A stretch of DNA of 64,000 nucleotides, taken from the NCBI GenBank assembly GCA_045638625.1, contig JAZUBR010000020.1, positions 9,660 through 73,659 on the forward strand, read 5' to 3'. Positions 18,371 to 27,792 of the stretch are shown in pieces. The translations under genes and the position numbers were made by a program. Each line of letters opens with the position of its first letter. The stretch's first letter is position 1. Under the pieces are notes generated by a model. That model was not told the DNA's origin, did no database searches, and was given only the letters and a program-made list of their open reading frames with translations. Source of the DNA: Candidatus Gastranaerophilaceae bacterium (lineage in GTDB: Bacteria > Cyanobacteriota > Vampirovibrionia > Gastranaerophilales > Gastranaerophilaceae).

Positions 18371-19215
18371 GGACCGCTTTCACCTTCAGCCTCCATTCCT
18401 TCTTTCTTATGTACATAACTAATGTTAATTCTCTTTATATCTGTAGCGTGTAACTCATCTAATGTTACTTCTACAGCATTAATTTGAAGCCTCGCACTTT
18501 CTGCAACTTCATAACGTACAGGCATTCCTGTCAGAAAACGTTTCAGAGATGATTCGTAATCCATACCAATCACTCCATCAGGAGCGCCACACAAACCGGC
18601 ATCAGAAATATATGCCATTCCATTAATAATCTTTTCATCAGCTGTTTGAACGTGAGTATGAGTCCCCGTAAAAAATGAAACTCCTAGTTCACTTAAATAT
18701 TTACCAAGCGCTATTTTTTCAGCTGTCGCCTCAGCATGAAAATCTACAACAATATAATCTACCGTTGGTTTTATAAGTTCAATTTTTTCTTTCAAAATTG
18801 CCCAAGGAGAATCAATAGGAGCCATGAAAACTTGCCCTAAAGCATTCAACACAGCAATCTTTTTACCATTTTTCTCAAAAACCCTACACCCAACCCCTGG
18901 AGTGTTTTCTGGATAATTAATCGGACGAACAAGAACCGTGTCATCCTCAATATAATCAAAAATATCTTTCTTATCCCAAATATGATTCCCAGCCGTAAAA
19001 CAATCTATACCGTACGACTGCAACTCCTCATAATTTTTCTTTGTTAGCCCAAAACCATGAGAAGCATTTTCGACATTTGCAATCACAAAATCAGGTTTCT
19101 CAGCAGCAGGAATTGAAGACAGGTAATCCCGAACCGCAATGCGTCCGGGTTTACCTGTTAAATCTCCAAAAAATAATATTTTAAACTGCTTGTTTCCCAT
19201 TATCCTATTTTGCAA
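18367..19215 (-). CDS. ymdB: YmdB-family metallophosphoesterase (2',3'-cyclic-nucleotide phosphodiesterase, TIGR00282)
   Basis: The protein carries [22 protein letters not shown] and FHAEATAEK. It lies immediately downstream of and overlapping rny, as in Firmicutes. Confidence 0.8.
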
Positions 19216-20722
19216 TTTCCGTAGTTCTGAATTCTCTTACAACAGTTACTTTGATTTGTCCTGGGTAATCTAATTCATTTTCAATCTTGGCAGCAATATC
19301 TCTTGCTAGTCTCTGAGATGCTAAATCATCAAACATTTCAGATTGAACGATAACCCTTACTTCACGCCCAGCTTGAACTGCAAAAGATTGTTTAATACCA
19401 TCATAGCTGTTTACAATCTCTTCAATTTTTTGAAGACGTTTAATATAAATTTCTAAGGTATCACGTCTTGCTCCTGGTCTTGATGCAGATATTGCATCTG
19501 CTAATTTAACCAAGACAGCTTCAACAGTATTTGCGGTAACACCATCATGGTGAGCTTCAATAGCATGAATGATTTCAGGTTTTTCACCATATCTTTGAGC
19601 TAATTCAACACCTAACTCAATATGAGTACCTTCCTGAGTTTGGTCAACAGCCTTACCGATATCATGAAGTAAACCAGCACGCTTAGCAACATAAACATTC
19701 GCACCTAGTTCAGCCGCCAACATTCCTGCTATGTGACCAACTTCTAAAGAGTGTTTTAGAACATTCTGACCATAACTGGTTCTGTAATATAAGCGTCCTA
19801 AGTTTTTAACTAACTCTTTATTTAAACCGATAATACCTGCATCAAGAGCTGCATTTTCACCTTCTTCAAGAATCTTTTTATCAATTTCTTCTTTGGCTTT
19901 TTCAACCATTTCTTCAATTCTTACAGGGTGAATACGTCCATCTTGTATAAGTTTTTCTAATGCAAGTTTTGCAACTTCACGTCTTACAGGATCGAAAGAA
20001 GAAAGAACAACAGCCTCCGGAGTATCATCAATAATTAAGTCAACACCTGTTAATGTTTCTAATGTTCTAATATTTCTACCTTCTCTACCAATAATACGAC
20101 CTTTCATTTCGTCATTTGGCAATGAAACTACAGACACAGTTGATTCAACAACTTGTTCTATCATACATCTTTGCATTGTTGTAGAAAGAATCTCTTTAGA
20201 TTTTTCTAAAGCTGTTTCTCTAATTTTTGCTTCGTTTTCTCTTATTAATTGCATCTGTTCTTGCGCTAAATCAGTTTTTAATTGTTCTAAAAACATCTTC
20301 TTAGCTTCTTCTGTAGACAAACCACTAATACGTTCTAATTCAGAAGTTTGGCGTTGAATTAAATCTGCAAGAATATCTTCCTTATCAAGAATTTGGTCTT
20401 TTAGTTTATCAAGTTCAACTTCTTTATCAGTGATTTCCTGTACTTTAGACTCCAAGAAATCTTCTCTTTTGTTCAACTTTTGTTCAAGATTTGCAAATTC
20501 TCTTCTTCTTTCTCTTTCATCCTCTTTTAATTGTTCTCGTTCAGATTGCAAAGCTTCCTTAGCTTTTATCAAAGCTTCTTTTTGGATAAGCGCCTCTCTT
20601 TGGGCAAAATCAGCCTTACTCTGTTCAGAGAGTGCTGAAAGGCTATTGTATCTTACCTGTTGTACAGCAGTGATTACTATTAGTACAACACATACAACAA
20701 TAGCTACAATGGTCCATATCAT
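19205..20722 (-). CDS. rny: Ribonuclease Y
   Basis: The 505-aa protein has an N-terminal TM helix and a long coiled coil. A KH domain ([24 protein letters not shown]) and an HD domain ([17 protein letters not shown]...LLHDIGKA) follow. Confidence 0.85.
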   Translation of the reverse strand: MIWTIVAIVVCVVLIVITAVQQVRYNSLSALSEQSKADFAQREALIQKEALIKAKEALQSEREQLKEDERERRREFANLEQKLNKREDFLESKVQEITDKEVELDKLKDQILDKEDILADLIQRQTSELERISGLSTEEAKKMFLEQLKTDLAQEQMQLIRENEAKIRETALEKSKEILSTTMQRCMIEQVVESTVSVVSLPNDEMKGRIIGREGRNIRTLETLTGVDLIIDDTPEAVVLSSFDPVRREVAKLALEKLIQDGRIHPVRIEEMVEKAKEEIDKKILEEGENAALDAGIIGLNKELVKNLGRLYYRTSYGQNVLKHSLEVGHIAGMLAAELGANVYVAKRAGLLHDIGKAVDQTQEGTHIELGVELAQRYGEKPEIIHAIEAHHDGVTANTVEAVLVKLADAISASRPGARRDTLEIYIKRLQKIEEIVNSYDGIKQSFAVQAGREVRVIVQSEMFDDLASQRLARDIAAKIENELDYPGQIKVTVVREFRTTEIAK

Positions 20723-20889
20723 ACCTGCACCTTGTCCTTTTCTATTCTTTTGTTTATCTATATACGACTAAACCGGCACATATAACCTACCGGAACATCA
20801 TTTATTAATTTTTAAATAACTTCATCGCATATATTTCAAAAAAATTTTATCTACTACATCTAAAATTATCATATCATGTAAATCCGTTT

Positions 20890-21732
20890 TTGTATAGGAA
20901 TTTTTATTTTTTTGTTATAATAACTTGTATGGAGCGCTTTTTATTTAAAGATACAGTAAGTTATAAACTTTTATTATCCTTACAAGATTCTTTTAAAATC
21001 TTTTTAGAGACCCTCGGAAACATTGTTATAATGCTAGTTGCAGTGGTGCAACAAATACTGAAATTTAACGTAAATATTAAAGAATTATTATATCAATGCG
21101 CACGATTCGGAGTCAGCTCATTACCAATAACACTATCAATTGTGGGAATGTCATCTATTATTGTTGCTTCTCAAGTTGCAGGCGAAATGGTAAAGCAAGG
21201 TGGCGGGAACTATGTGGGAATGTTTGTAACATTATTACTAGTAAGAGAAGAGGCTGTTATCATGGCAGGTTTTGCTATTATTTATATGATAGGCTCGTCT
21301 TTAGCTTCGGAAATAGCAACAATGCGAGTTACCGATCAAATTGACGCAATCAAAGTATTAAAAGTAAACCCAATAAGTTATTTAATGGCACCAAGAATTT
21401 TAGCAGGGTTATTAATGATGCCTCTAGTTTGTATTATTGCAACAGTTTTCGGAATTATTGGAGGTGCATTTGCTTCTAATTTAGCATCTGATTTAGGTTA
21501 CAGGGCTTTTTTTGATTCAGTTTGGTTTGGGTTAAGCCTAAGAGATATTTACATTAGCATGTTCAAAGCTGCAACTTTTGGGTTTGTTATCGCTCTTATT
21601 AGCTGTACTTGCGGATATTATGCAAAAGGCGGTTCAAAAGGGGTTGGTGACGCAACAACAAAATCAGTTGTTTGGTCCTTCATCGCTATAGTATTTATTG
21701 ATATGATTTTTGCAATAGGATTTTTCTTCTAG
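20890..21732 (+). CDS. mlaE: MlaE/YrbE-family ABC transporter permease
   Basis: The protein is polytopic and carries QCARFGVSSLPITLSIVGMSSIIVASQ and GGAFASNL. The true start may be the ATG at ~20929 (MERFLFKD), directly after an extended -10 (tgTTATAAT). Confidence 0.75.
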   Translation: MYRNFYFFVIITCMERFLFKDTVSYKLLLSLQDSFKIFLETLGNIVIMLVAVVQQILKFNVNIKELLYQCARFGVSSLPITLSIVGMSSIIVASQVAGEMVKQGGGNYVGMFVTLLLVREEAVIMAGFAIIYMIGSSLASEIATMRVTDQIDAIKVLKVNPISYLMAPRILAGLLMMPLVCIIATVFGIIGGAFASNLASDLGYRAFFDSVWFGLSLRDIYISMFKAATFGFVIALISCTCGYYAKGGSKGVGDATTKSVVWSFIAIVFIDMIFAIGFFF

Positions 21733-21743
21733 ATAGGTGAGAA

Positions 21744-22463
21744 ATGAGTATACACGTTAAAAATTTAATAAAAGATTTTAATGATAAAAGAGTTATTGAT
21801 GATATATCTTTTAAAGTTGAAGATGGTGAAATTCTTGCAATAGTAGGCTTTTCAGGTTCTGGTAAAAGTACAGTTCTAAAACTAATCAGTGGACTTCTTG
21901 AACCTGACAATGGAGAAATTGAAACCACTGGAGATATTGCAATGGTTTTTCAATATTCAGCACTTTTCGATTCTTTAAACGTATTTGATAATATATCTTT
22001 TGCATTAGTTGAACGCAAGGATTTAAGAAAGAAATATTCAAAAAAAGATTTAGAAAAGATTGTTAAAGAAAAACTAGAGATGGTTGGGCTGCAAGGAATT
22101 GAAGAAAAGTTTCCTTCAGAACTATCTGGGGGGATGCAAAAAAGAGTAAGCTTTGCCAGAGCAATTGTAACAGAGCCACAAATAATACTCTATGACGAAC
22201 CTACAGCAGGACTAGACCCAATGTCCTCTACATTAATAGAAGATTATATCGTGAGGTTAAAAAATGAAACTAAAGCGGCATCAATTGTTGTTACACACCA
22301 AATGTCAACAATTACAAGAACTGCCGATAAAGTAATAATGCTATACAACGGGAAAATAGTTTTTGCAGGAACTCCAGATGAATTACAACTGCAAAATACA
22401 CCTTATACAAAACAATTTGTTACTGCAGCACTTGAAGGACCTATGAAAATGCTTGCAGAGTAA
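21744..22463 (+). CDS. mlaF: ABC transporter ATP-binding protein (MlaF-like)
   Basis: Walker A is GFSGSGKST, the ABC signature is LSGGMQKRVSFARA and Walker B is ILYDEPTAGLD. Confidence 0.8.
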   Translation: MSIHVKNLIKDFNDKRVIDDISFKVEDGEILAIVGFSGSGKSTVLKLISGLLEPDNGEIETTGDIAMVFQYSALFDSLNVFDNISFALVERKDLRKKYSKKDLEKIVKEKLEMVGLQGIEEKFPSELSGGMQKRVSFARAIVTEPQIILYDEPTAGLDPMSSTLIEDYIVRLKNETKAASIVVTHQMSTITRTADKVIMLYNGKIVFAGTPDELQLQNTPYTKQFVTAALEGPMKMLAE

Positions 22464-22505
22464 CAAATCTTTTTGATAAGATATTGGAAGAAGAGGTTTT
22501 ATATA

Positions 22506-23867
22506 ATGAAAGTTTCATCATCAATTAAAGTAGGAATTTTAGCTCTTGTAGCTCTTACCATATTCTTTATGACAATTTTATGGGTAAAAGGACGCTCTTT
22601 CTCATCTGCTGAACGTATTGAAATAAAATTCAAAGACGTTAACGGTATGCGCCCTGGCTCTGGTGTTCAAATGATGGGTTATAGAGTTGGCCAAGTTGAA
22701 GAAATTACCCCTGTAATTGACGGAACATCTAGTTATGTAAAATTAAAATTTGTTATCACAGCTCAAGGTGTAAAAATACCAAAGGCATCAGCGATTTCGA
22801 TACAACAATCAGGGTTAATCGGCGAACAGTTCCTTGAAATCACTCCACCTAAATATAGAACTATTTATCTTCCAATCACAACACGTGAAGTTCTACCAGA
22901 GTCAATGCCTGTTGAAATCAAACTAGATGACAAGTTCTACGATGCAGGTTTAGTTAAAAAATCTCAAATTATTGCAGCACAACTTGTACCAGTAAAATTC
23001 CAAGAAGGTATTAAAACTCCTTATGCTTATAAAATAGGATACATTGTTGATATGCCAGGGTTAATTTTACCAGAATTTATGACAGGTAAAATTATTACTC
23101 TTAACGGGAAGAAGAAATTAAGAATATTCCCGATTGATAATGCTCCAATCCCGTATCCAAACCAAACTTCACCTTACACAATAATTGAACCAATGAGAAT
23201 TGCAGACTTTTTAGATTTACAATACAGAGCTGCAGAAGGTTTAACAGAAACAAATAAGATTGTTAACGACTTGTTAAACGATAAAACAATTGCTGACCTA
23301 AAAGATACTGTAGAAAACTTCAAACAACTTACAGCACAAGCAACATCTACATTAACTAAGGCAGAAGCTCTTATCGAAAACTCTAAGACCGATTTAGACT
23401 TGCTTATGGGCATGATGAACGATGTATCTGCAAACTTTAATAAGTTAGCTGTTAACGTAAATAACATTATTGGAGATGATAAATTTAGCCAAAAATTATA
23501 CAATTTATCTGATGCTGTTACAAATCTATCCAATAGCGCTACTCCAATATTGGCGTCTATTGATAATAAGGCATTTGCGAGTGACTTAAACGCAGTAATG
23601 CACAACCTTAATGAAATTTCGCAATCTGTTAATGCTATGACAGGTGACGAAAATATGAAGAAAAAATTATCAACAAGTATGGATAATATAAACCTCGCTC
23701 TTACAAAAGCTAACATAGCATTAGATACTTTAAATAGTTGTTCTTCAGATAAATCTGGTTCAAATCTACAACAAATAATCAACGATACCTCTGAATCAGT
23801 ATCTAATCTTAGAAAATTCTCTGAGAAATTAAATAAGAGATTCTTATTGTTCAGATTAATGTTTTAA
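22506..23867 (+). CDS. mlaD: MCE-domain protein (MlaD-like) with a long C-terminal helical extension
   Basis: A TM anchor is followed by an MCE domain (IEIKFKDVNGMRPGSGVQMMGYRVGQVEEI). The start was set at MKVSSS because GAAGAAGAGG lies ~8 nt upstream. The C-terminal ~250 aa are helical and N/L/S-rich. Confidence 0.7.
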   Translation: MKVSSSIKVGILALVALTIFFMTILWVKGRSFSSAERIEIKFKDVNGMRPGSGVQMMGYRVGQVEEITPVIDGTSSYVKLKFVITAQGVKIPKASAISIQQSGLIGEQFLEITPPKYRTIYLPITTREVLPESMPVEIKLDDKFYDAGLVKKSQIIAAQLVPVKFQEGIKTPYAYKIGYIVDMPGLILPEFMTGKIITLNGKKKLRIFPIDNAPIPYPNQTSPYTIIEPMRIADFLDLQYRAAEGLTETNKIVNDLLNDKTIADLKDTVENFKQLTAQATSTLTKAEALIENSKTDLDLLMGMMNDVSANFNKLAVNVNNIIGDDKFSQKLYNLSDAVTNLSNSATPILASIDNKAFASDLNAVMHNLNEISQSVNAMTGDENMKKKLSTSMDNINLALTKANIALDTLNSCSSDKSGSNLQQIINDTSESVSNLRKFSEKLNKRFLLFRLMF

Positions 23868-23876
23868 GAGGAATTT

Positions 23877-25262
23877 ATGAAAAAAGTATCTGTAATAATA
23901 CCGACAGTTTTAAAATGTCCAAAAGTTCTAGCAGCTTGTGTTGAAGCCTTTCATAGAGATGAAGCTGTCGGAGAAATTATCATAATAAAAAATACCCAAG
24001 AAGATTTACCTTCAGACTTTCCTTTTTTAGGAAAAGTACAGGTCATTTTATGTGCTGAAAATTTATACGTAAACAAAAGCTGGAATTTTGGGCGTTTAAT
24101 ATCTCAGTTTGATATCATTGCGCTAGTTAATGATGATCTAATTCCAGAAGAGAACCAGATATCAAGAATCCTTGAAAAAGGCTGGCTAGACGATGCACAA
24201 ACCGGGCTTCTTGGCATAGATATTTTTGCAACCATCGGGATTGATAAAGAAAACTTTCACCCAAATGCAAATTTTGCACCCCAAAATTTAGAAAGAAAAG
24301 AGCTCCCCTTAACAGATGGCATTGGAGATTGGGGGTCTTTTATTATTGGTAGAAGAGAATGTTTTTATGACATACCAGAAGATCTAAAAATCCTCTGGGG
24401 AGATCACTATCTCATAAGAAAGAATATGATGAATGGCAGAACTAATTATATTATAAAGAACCTACGTTGCCAGCATATACATTCTTGCTCTTGCATGTCT
24501 CCAGAGTTTCATGAAATCAATGGATTAGACCACGATTTGTGGCATAAAACTATATCAAAAGAATTTAATTCTTTGATGAGTAGATTTTCAGTTATTATTC
24601 CTACTCTACTCATCAGGGAAGATATTTTGAGAATTTTAGTTAATACCATATCCGACGAAGAGATAGTCAATGAAATTATCATAATCAACAATAATACCGA
24701 AAAACAGATATCATTTGATAATCCTAAGGTTACAGTTTTAAATCAAGAAACAAACTTATACGTAAATAAAAGTTGGAATCTTGGAGTTTCATTAGCTAAA
24801 AATTCATTATTTGCACTTTTAAATGATGATATTATTGTCGGGAAAAATTTCTTCAAAACCCTCTCTGAAAGTGTATGGCTACAAGATACCCAAGTTGGAC
24901 TTGTTGGAATGGGGAATTATATCAACTTTGAAAATGGCGAAGATGATTTATCTCTCCCTGAAAAAAGTAATGATACTGTATTTTGCGCAGAAGCTGATAT
25001 TAAACAGCTAGGTGACTGGGGAATATGTATTGTTGGCAAAAAAGATGACTATTACACAATTCCCGAAGAATTAAACATCCTATTTGGAGATAATTACATT
25101 ATTGAAAAAAACACGCAAGCGGGAAAGAATATTATATCAATTTTTGATTTACCTATAAAACATATTCATTCACTGTCAACAAGAGGTTCCGACTACGCTG
25201 ACATCATTATTAATGATTTTGCAATTTGGGATAATAATAAAGAAGCTCTTTTAGCCAGATAA
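23877..25262 (+). CDS. Tandem-duplicated glycosyltransferase family-2-like protein
   Basis: The halves at aa ~1-230 and ~231-461 are homologous. Each has VSVIIPT or FSVIIPT, NLYVNKSWNFG or NLYVNKSWNLG, an NDD motif, and WGDHYLIRKN or FGDNYIIEKN. Confidence 0.5.
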   Translation: MKKVSVIIPTVLKCPKVLAACVEAFHRDEAVGEIIIIKNTQEDLPSDFPFLGKVQVILCAENLYVNKSWNFGRLISQFDIIALVNDDLIPEENQISRILEKGWLDDAQTGLLGIDIFATIGIDKENFHPNANFAPQNLERKELPLTDGIGDWGSFIIGRRECFYDIPEDLKILWGDHYLIRKNMMNGRTNYIIKNLRCQHIHSCSCMSPEFHEINGLDHDLWHKTISKEFNSLMSRFSVIIPTLLIREDILRILVNTISDEEIVNEIIIINNNTEKQISFDNPKVTVLNQETNLYVNKSWNLGVSLAKNSLFALLNDDIIVGKNFFKTLSESVWLQDTQVGLVGMGNYINFENGEDDLSLPEKSNDTVFCAEADIKQLGDWGICIVGKKDDYYTIPEELNILFGDNYIIEKNTQAGKNIISIFDLPIKHIHSLSTRGSDYADIIINDFAIWDNNKEALLAR

Positions 25263-25292
25263 AAAAGCCGAGATAAAAATCTCGGCTTTTAA
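25263..25292. terminator. Bidirectional rho-independent terminator between convergent genes
   Basis: The hairpin AAAAGCCGAGAT-aaaa-ATCTCGGCTTTT is flanked by A and T runs on both sides. Confidence 0.7.
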
Positions 25293-25293
25293 A

Positions 25294-27087
25294 TTATATT
25301 CCTCTGAATTTTACCAAATCCATTTTTCTTATACGAACATTCTCTGGAGTTACTTCCATCAATTCGTCATCAGCAATATATTCCAAAGCATCTTCTAGAG
25401 ATAATTCTCTGTGCGCTTGGAGCGTAACCATCACATCTGCTGTTGCACTACGCATATTGGTTAACTTTTTAGTCTTACATACGTTCACAATGATATCTTG
25501 AGGTTTATTACCTTCTCCAACAATCATTCCTCTATAAACTTTTGTTTTTGGAGTAATAAAGAAAACCCCTCTGTCTTCGAACTGAGCTAATGCATAAGGA
25601 ACAGCTTCACCTGCTTCGTGGGCAATCAAACTACCATTACGTTGCTTAGGGATGTCTCCAGCATAAGGTTTGTACTCCTCAAAAGTATGATACATAATAC
25701 CCTCACCACGAGTCATTCTTATAAACTCTGTTCTAAAACCTATCAATCCTCTTGCTGGAATAGAAAAACGCATTTGAGTACGACCATTTGCATTATTCAT
25801 TTCTAGCATATTAGCTTTCCTACCTGCTAATCTTTCAATACAAGACCCTGCATAGGTTTCTGGGACATCAAGTGTTAAATTTTCAAAAGGCTCATGTCTT
25901 TGTTCATCTATTGTCTTAAAAATTACCTCAGGTTTTGATACTTGGAATTCGAAGCCTTCTCTTCTCATTGTTTCAATAAGAATACTCAAGTGTAATTCGC
26001 CACGGCCACTAACACGGAACATATCAGTACTATCAGTGTCTTCTACTCGCATTGATACATTCTTTTCCAATTCATCATACAAACGTTTTCTAATCTGTCT
26101 ACTTGTAACGAATTTACCTTCAGTACCCGCAAAAGGACTATCGTTTACAGAAAAATTCATCTGTAATGTAGGTTCGTCAACTTTTATTAAAGGTAAAGGA
26201 TTTACATCATTCAATGCACAAATTGTTTCACCAATCTGGATATCAGAGAAACCTGCTATACCAACAATATCACCTGCAGAAGCTGATTCAATCTCAACTC
26301 TACCTAAATCTTTGAATCCGAAAAGCTTTGTAACCTTTCCTCTTTCAACATTTCCATCTGCATGAACAACAGAGACCATTTCCTGAGAAGAAACCTTACC
26401 ATTTGCAATTCTACCAATTACTATTCTTCCAACGTAATCATTATAATCAAGAGTTGTCGCTCTGAATTGTAATGGCAATGAAGCATCTCCAGATGGAGCA
26501 TCAATATGTTCAATAATACTATCTAATAAAGGAACCATATCTTTTGGTTCATCATCAAGATTTTTTATTGCATAACTATTCAAGCTACTTGCATAAATAT
26601 AAGGGAAATCGATTAAATCTTCTCTATCTGTCAACTCAGTGAATAAATCAAAAATTTTATCTAGAGTAGAATCCGGATCTGCTGCAGGTTTATCAATTTT
26701 GTTTATTACAACAATGATACGAATACCCAATTCTAAAGCCTTAGAAAGAACAAATCTTGTTTGAGGCATCGGTCCTTCAGCAGCATCTACAATTAATAAC
26801 GCACCGTCAACCATACCTAAAACACGTTCTACTTCTCCACCAAAATCTGCGTGACCAGGGGTATCAACAACATTAATCTTATAATCTTTATAATTAATAG
26901 AAATGTTTTTAGATAAAATAGTAATCCCACGTTCTCTTTCAAGGTCATTACTATCAAGAACACGTTCTTGCATATTTTGATTTTCTCTAAAAGCACCTGC
27001 TTGTTTAAGCATACAGTCAACCATTGTTGTTTTACCGTGGTCAACGTGAGCTATAATCGCTATATTTCTTATTTTTTTTGTATCCAT
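25294..27087 (-). CDS. typA: Translational GTPase TypA/BipA
   Basis: The protein carries IRNIAIIAHVDHGKTT and DTPGHADFGGEVER and has a five-domain EF-G-like layout. Confidence 0.9.
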   Translation of the reverse strand: MDTKKIRNIAIIAHVDHGKTTMVDCMLKQAGAFRENQNMQERVLDSNDLERERGITILSKNISINYKDYKINVVDTPGHADFGGEVERVLGMVDGALLIVDAAEGPMPQTRFVLSKALELGIRIIVVINKIDKPAADPDSTLDKIFDLFTELTDREDLIDFPYIYASSLNSYAIKNLDDEPKDMVPLLDSIIEHIDAPSGDASLPLQFRATTLDYNDYVGRIVIGRIANGKVSSQEMVSVVHADGNVERGKVTKLFGFKDLGRVEIESASAGDIVGIAGFSDIQIGETICALNDVNPLPLIKVDEPTLQMNFSVNDSPFAGTEGKFVTSRQIRKRLYDELEKNVSMRVEDTDSTDMFRVSGRGELHLSILIETMRREGFEFQVSKPEVIFKTIDEQRHEPFENLTLDVPETYAGSCIERLAGRKANMLEMNNANGRTQMRFSIPARGLIGFRTEFIRMTRGEGIMYHTFEEYKPYAGDIPKQRNGSLIAHEAGEAVPYALAQFEDRGVFFITPKTKVYRGMIVGEGNKPQDIIVNVCKTKKLTNMRSATADVMVTLQAHRELSLEDALEYIADDELMEVTPENVRIRKMDLVKFRGI

Positions 27088-27345
27088 AATCGTTCCAATT
27101 CCTTAGTGTAAAATCAACACTTATTATATTCGCTAAAGTTTTTTGTGCAATATTTTATTCAATGTTTACAGATATTTCCGTATAAGAATTTAGTAAATTT
27201 TAGCATTCGTATGTAAATTTTTGTAAAAGTTTCATATTAAACTAACAAAATAATATATTTAGAGGTTTTAAAATGTCATCAAAAAAGTTTAAACTCATAA
27301 AGAGGATGCAGTAGAGTTTAAATTTGATTGTGAGGTTATGTTTAT

Positions 27346-27783
27346 ATGGTAGATAATCGCTCAGCAGGTTTCTTTGGAATAGGCGGCGCTTTTAACTTTA
27401 AAAGTGGCGACCCTTCTGGGACTGCAGCAAAAACCAGTGACGAAAAATATGGTCCGGGCACCGAATATGGTGTTATTGGCAGAGGTGAAGGTGAAGAAGA
27501 ATCTTTCAACCAAGAACCTTATACCGACCGTAGTGCGCAGCTACGAGCAACTCTTAATTCCTTAGCAATGATGAATGTTGCGGCGGTAATGAATTCTAAA
27601 AGACCTCAAAAGCCAAAACCTTTAAATTTTAAAGATTTAGAAAATGAAACAGAAGAAATCCTTGAAGAAAATTCTAAACAAGGAAGACAAGATAAACACG
27701 ATAAAGAAGAGGATTTACCAGAAGACATTGATATAGAAATGTTTGAAGAAGATTCTGATGAAGAATACGAAGCTGGGTTTTAA
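27346..27783 (+). CDS. Hypothetical acidic, low-complexity protein (145 aa)
   Basis: The N-terminus is G-rich and the tail is strongly E/D-rich (EEDLPEDIDIEMFEEDSDEEYEAGF). GTGAGG lies 9 nt upstream. No family was recognised. Confidence 0.45.
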   Translation: MVDNRSAGFFGIGGAFNFKSGDPSGTAAKTSDEKYGPGTEYGVIGRGEGEEESFNQEPYTDRSAQLRATLNSLAMMNVAAVMNSKRPQKPKPLNFKDLENETEEILEENSKQGRQDKHDKEEDLPEDIDIEMFEEDSDEEYEAGF

Positions 27784-27792
27784 TAATTTACT

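Noticed and set aside
20430-20771. A 113-aa plus-strand ORF overlapping the rny N-terminal region
   Set aside because: It is antisense to the RNase Y coiled-coil region. The S/L/C-rich low-complexity translation is a frame artefact.
23174-23782. A 202-aa minus-strand ORF antisense to mlaD
   Set aside because: It is fully embedded antisense in a well-supported MCE-domain gene. The composition is antisense-like and there is no RBS.
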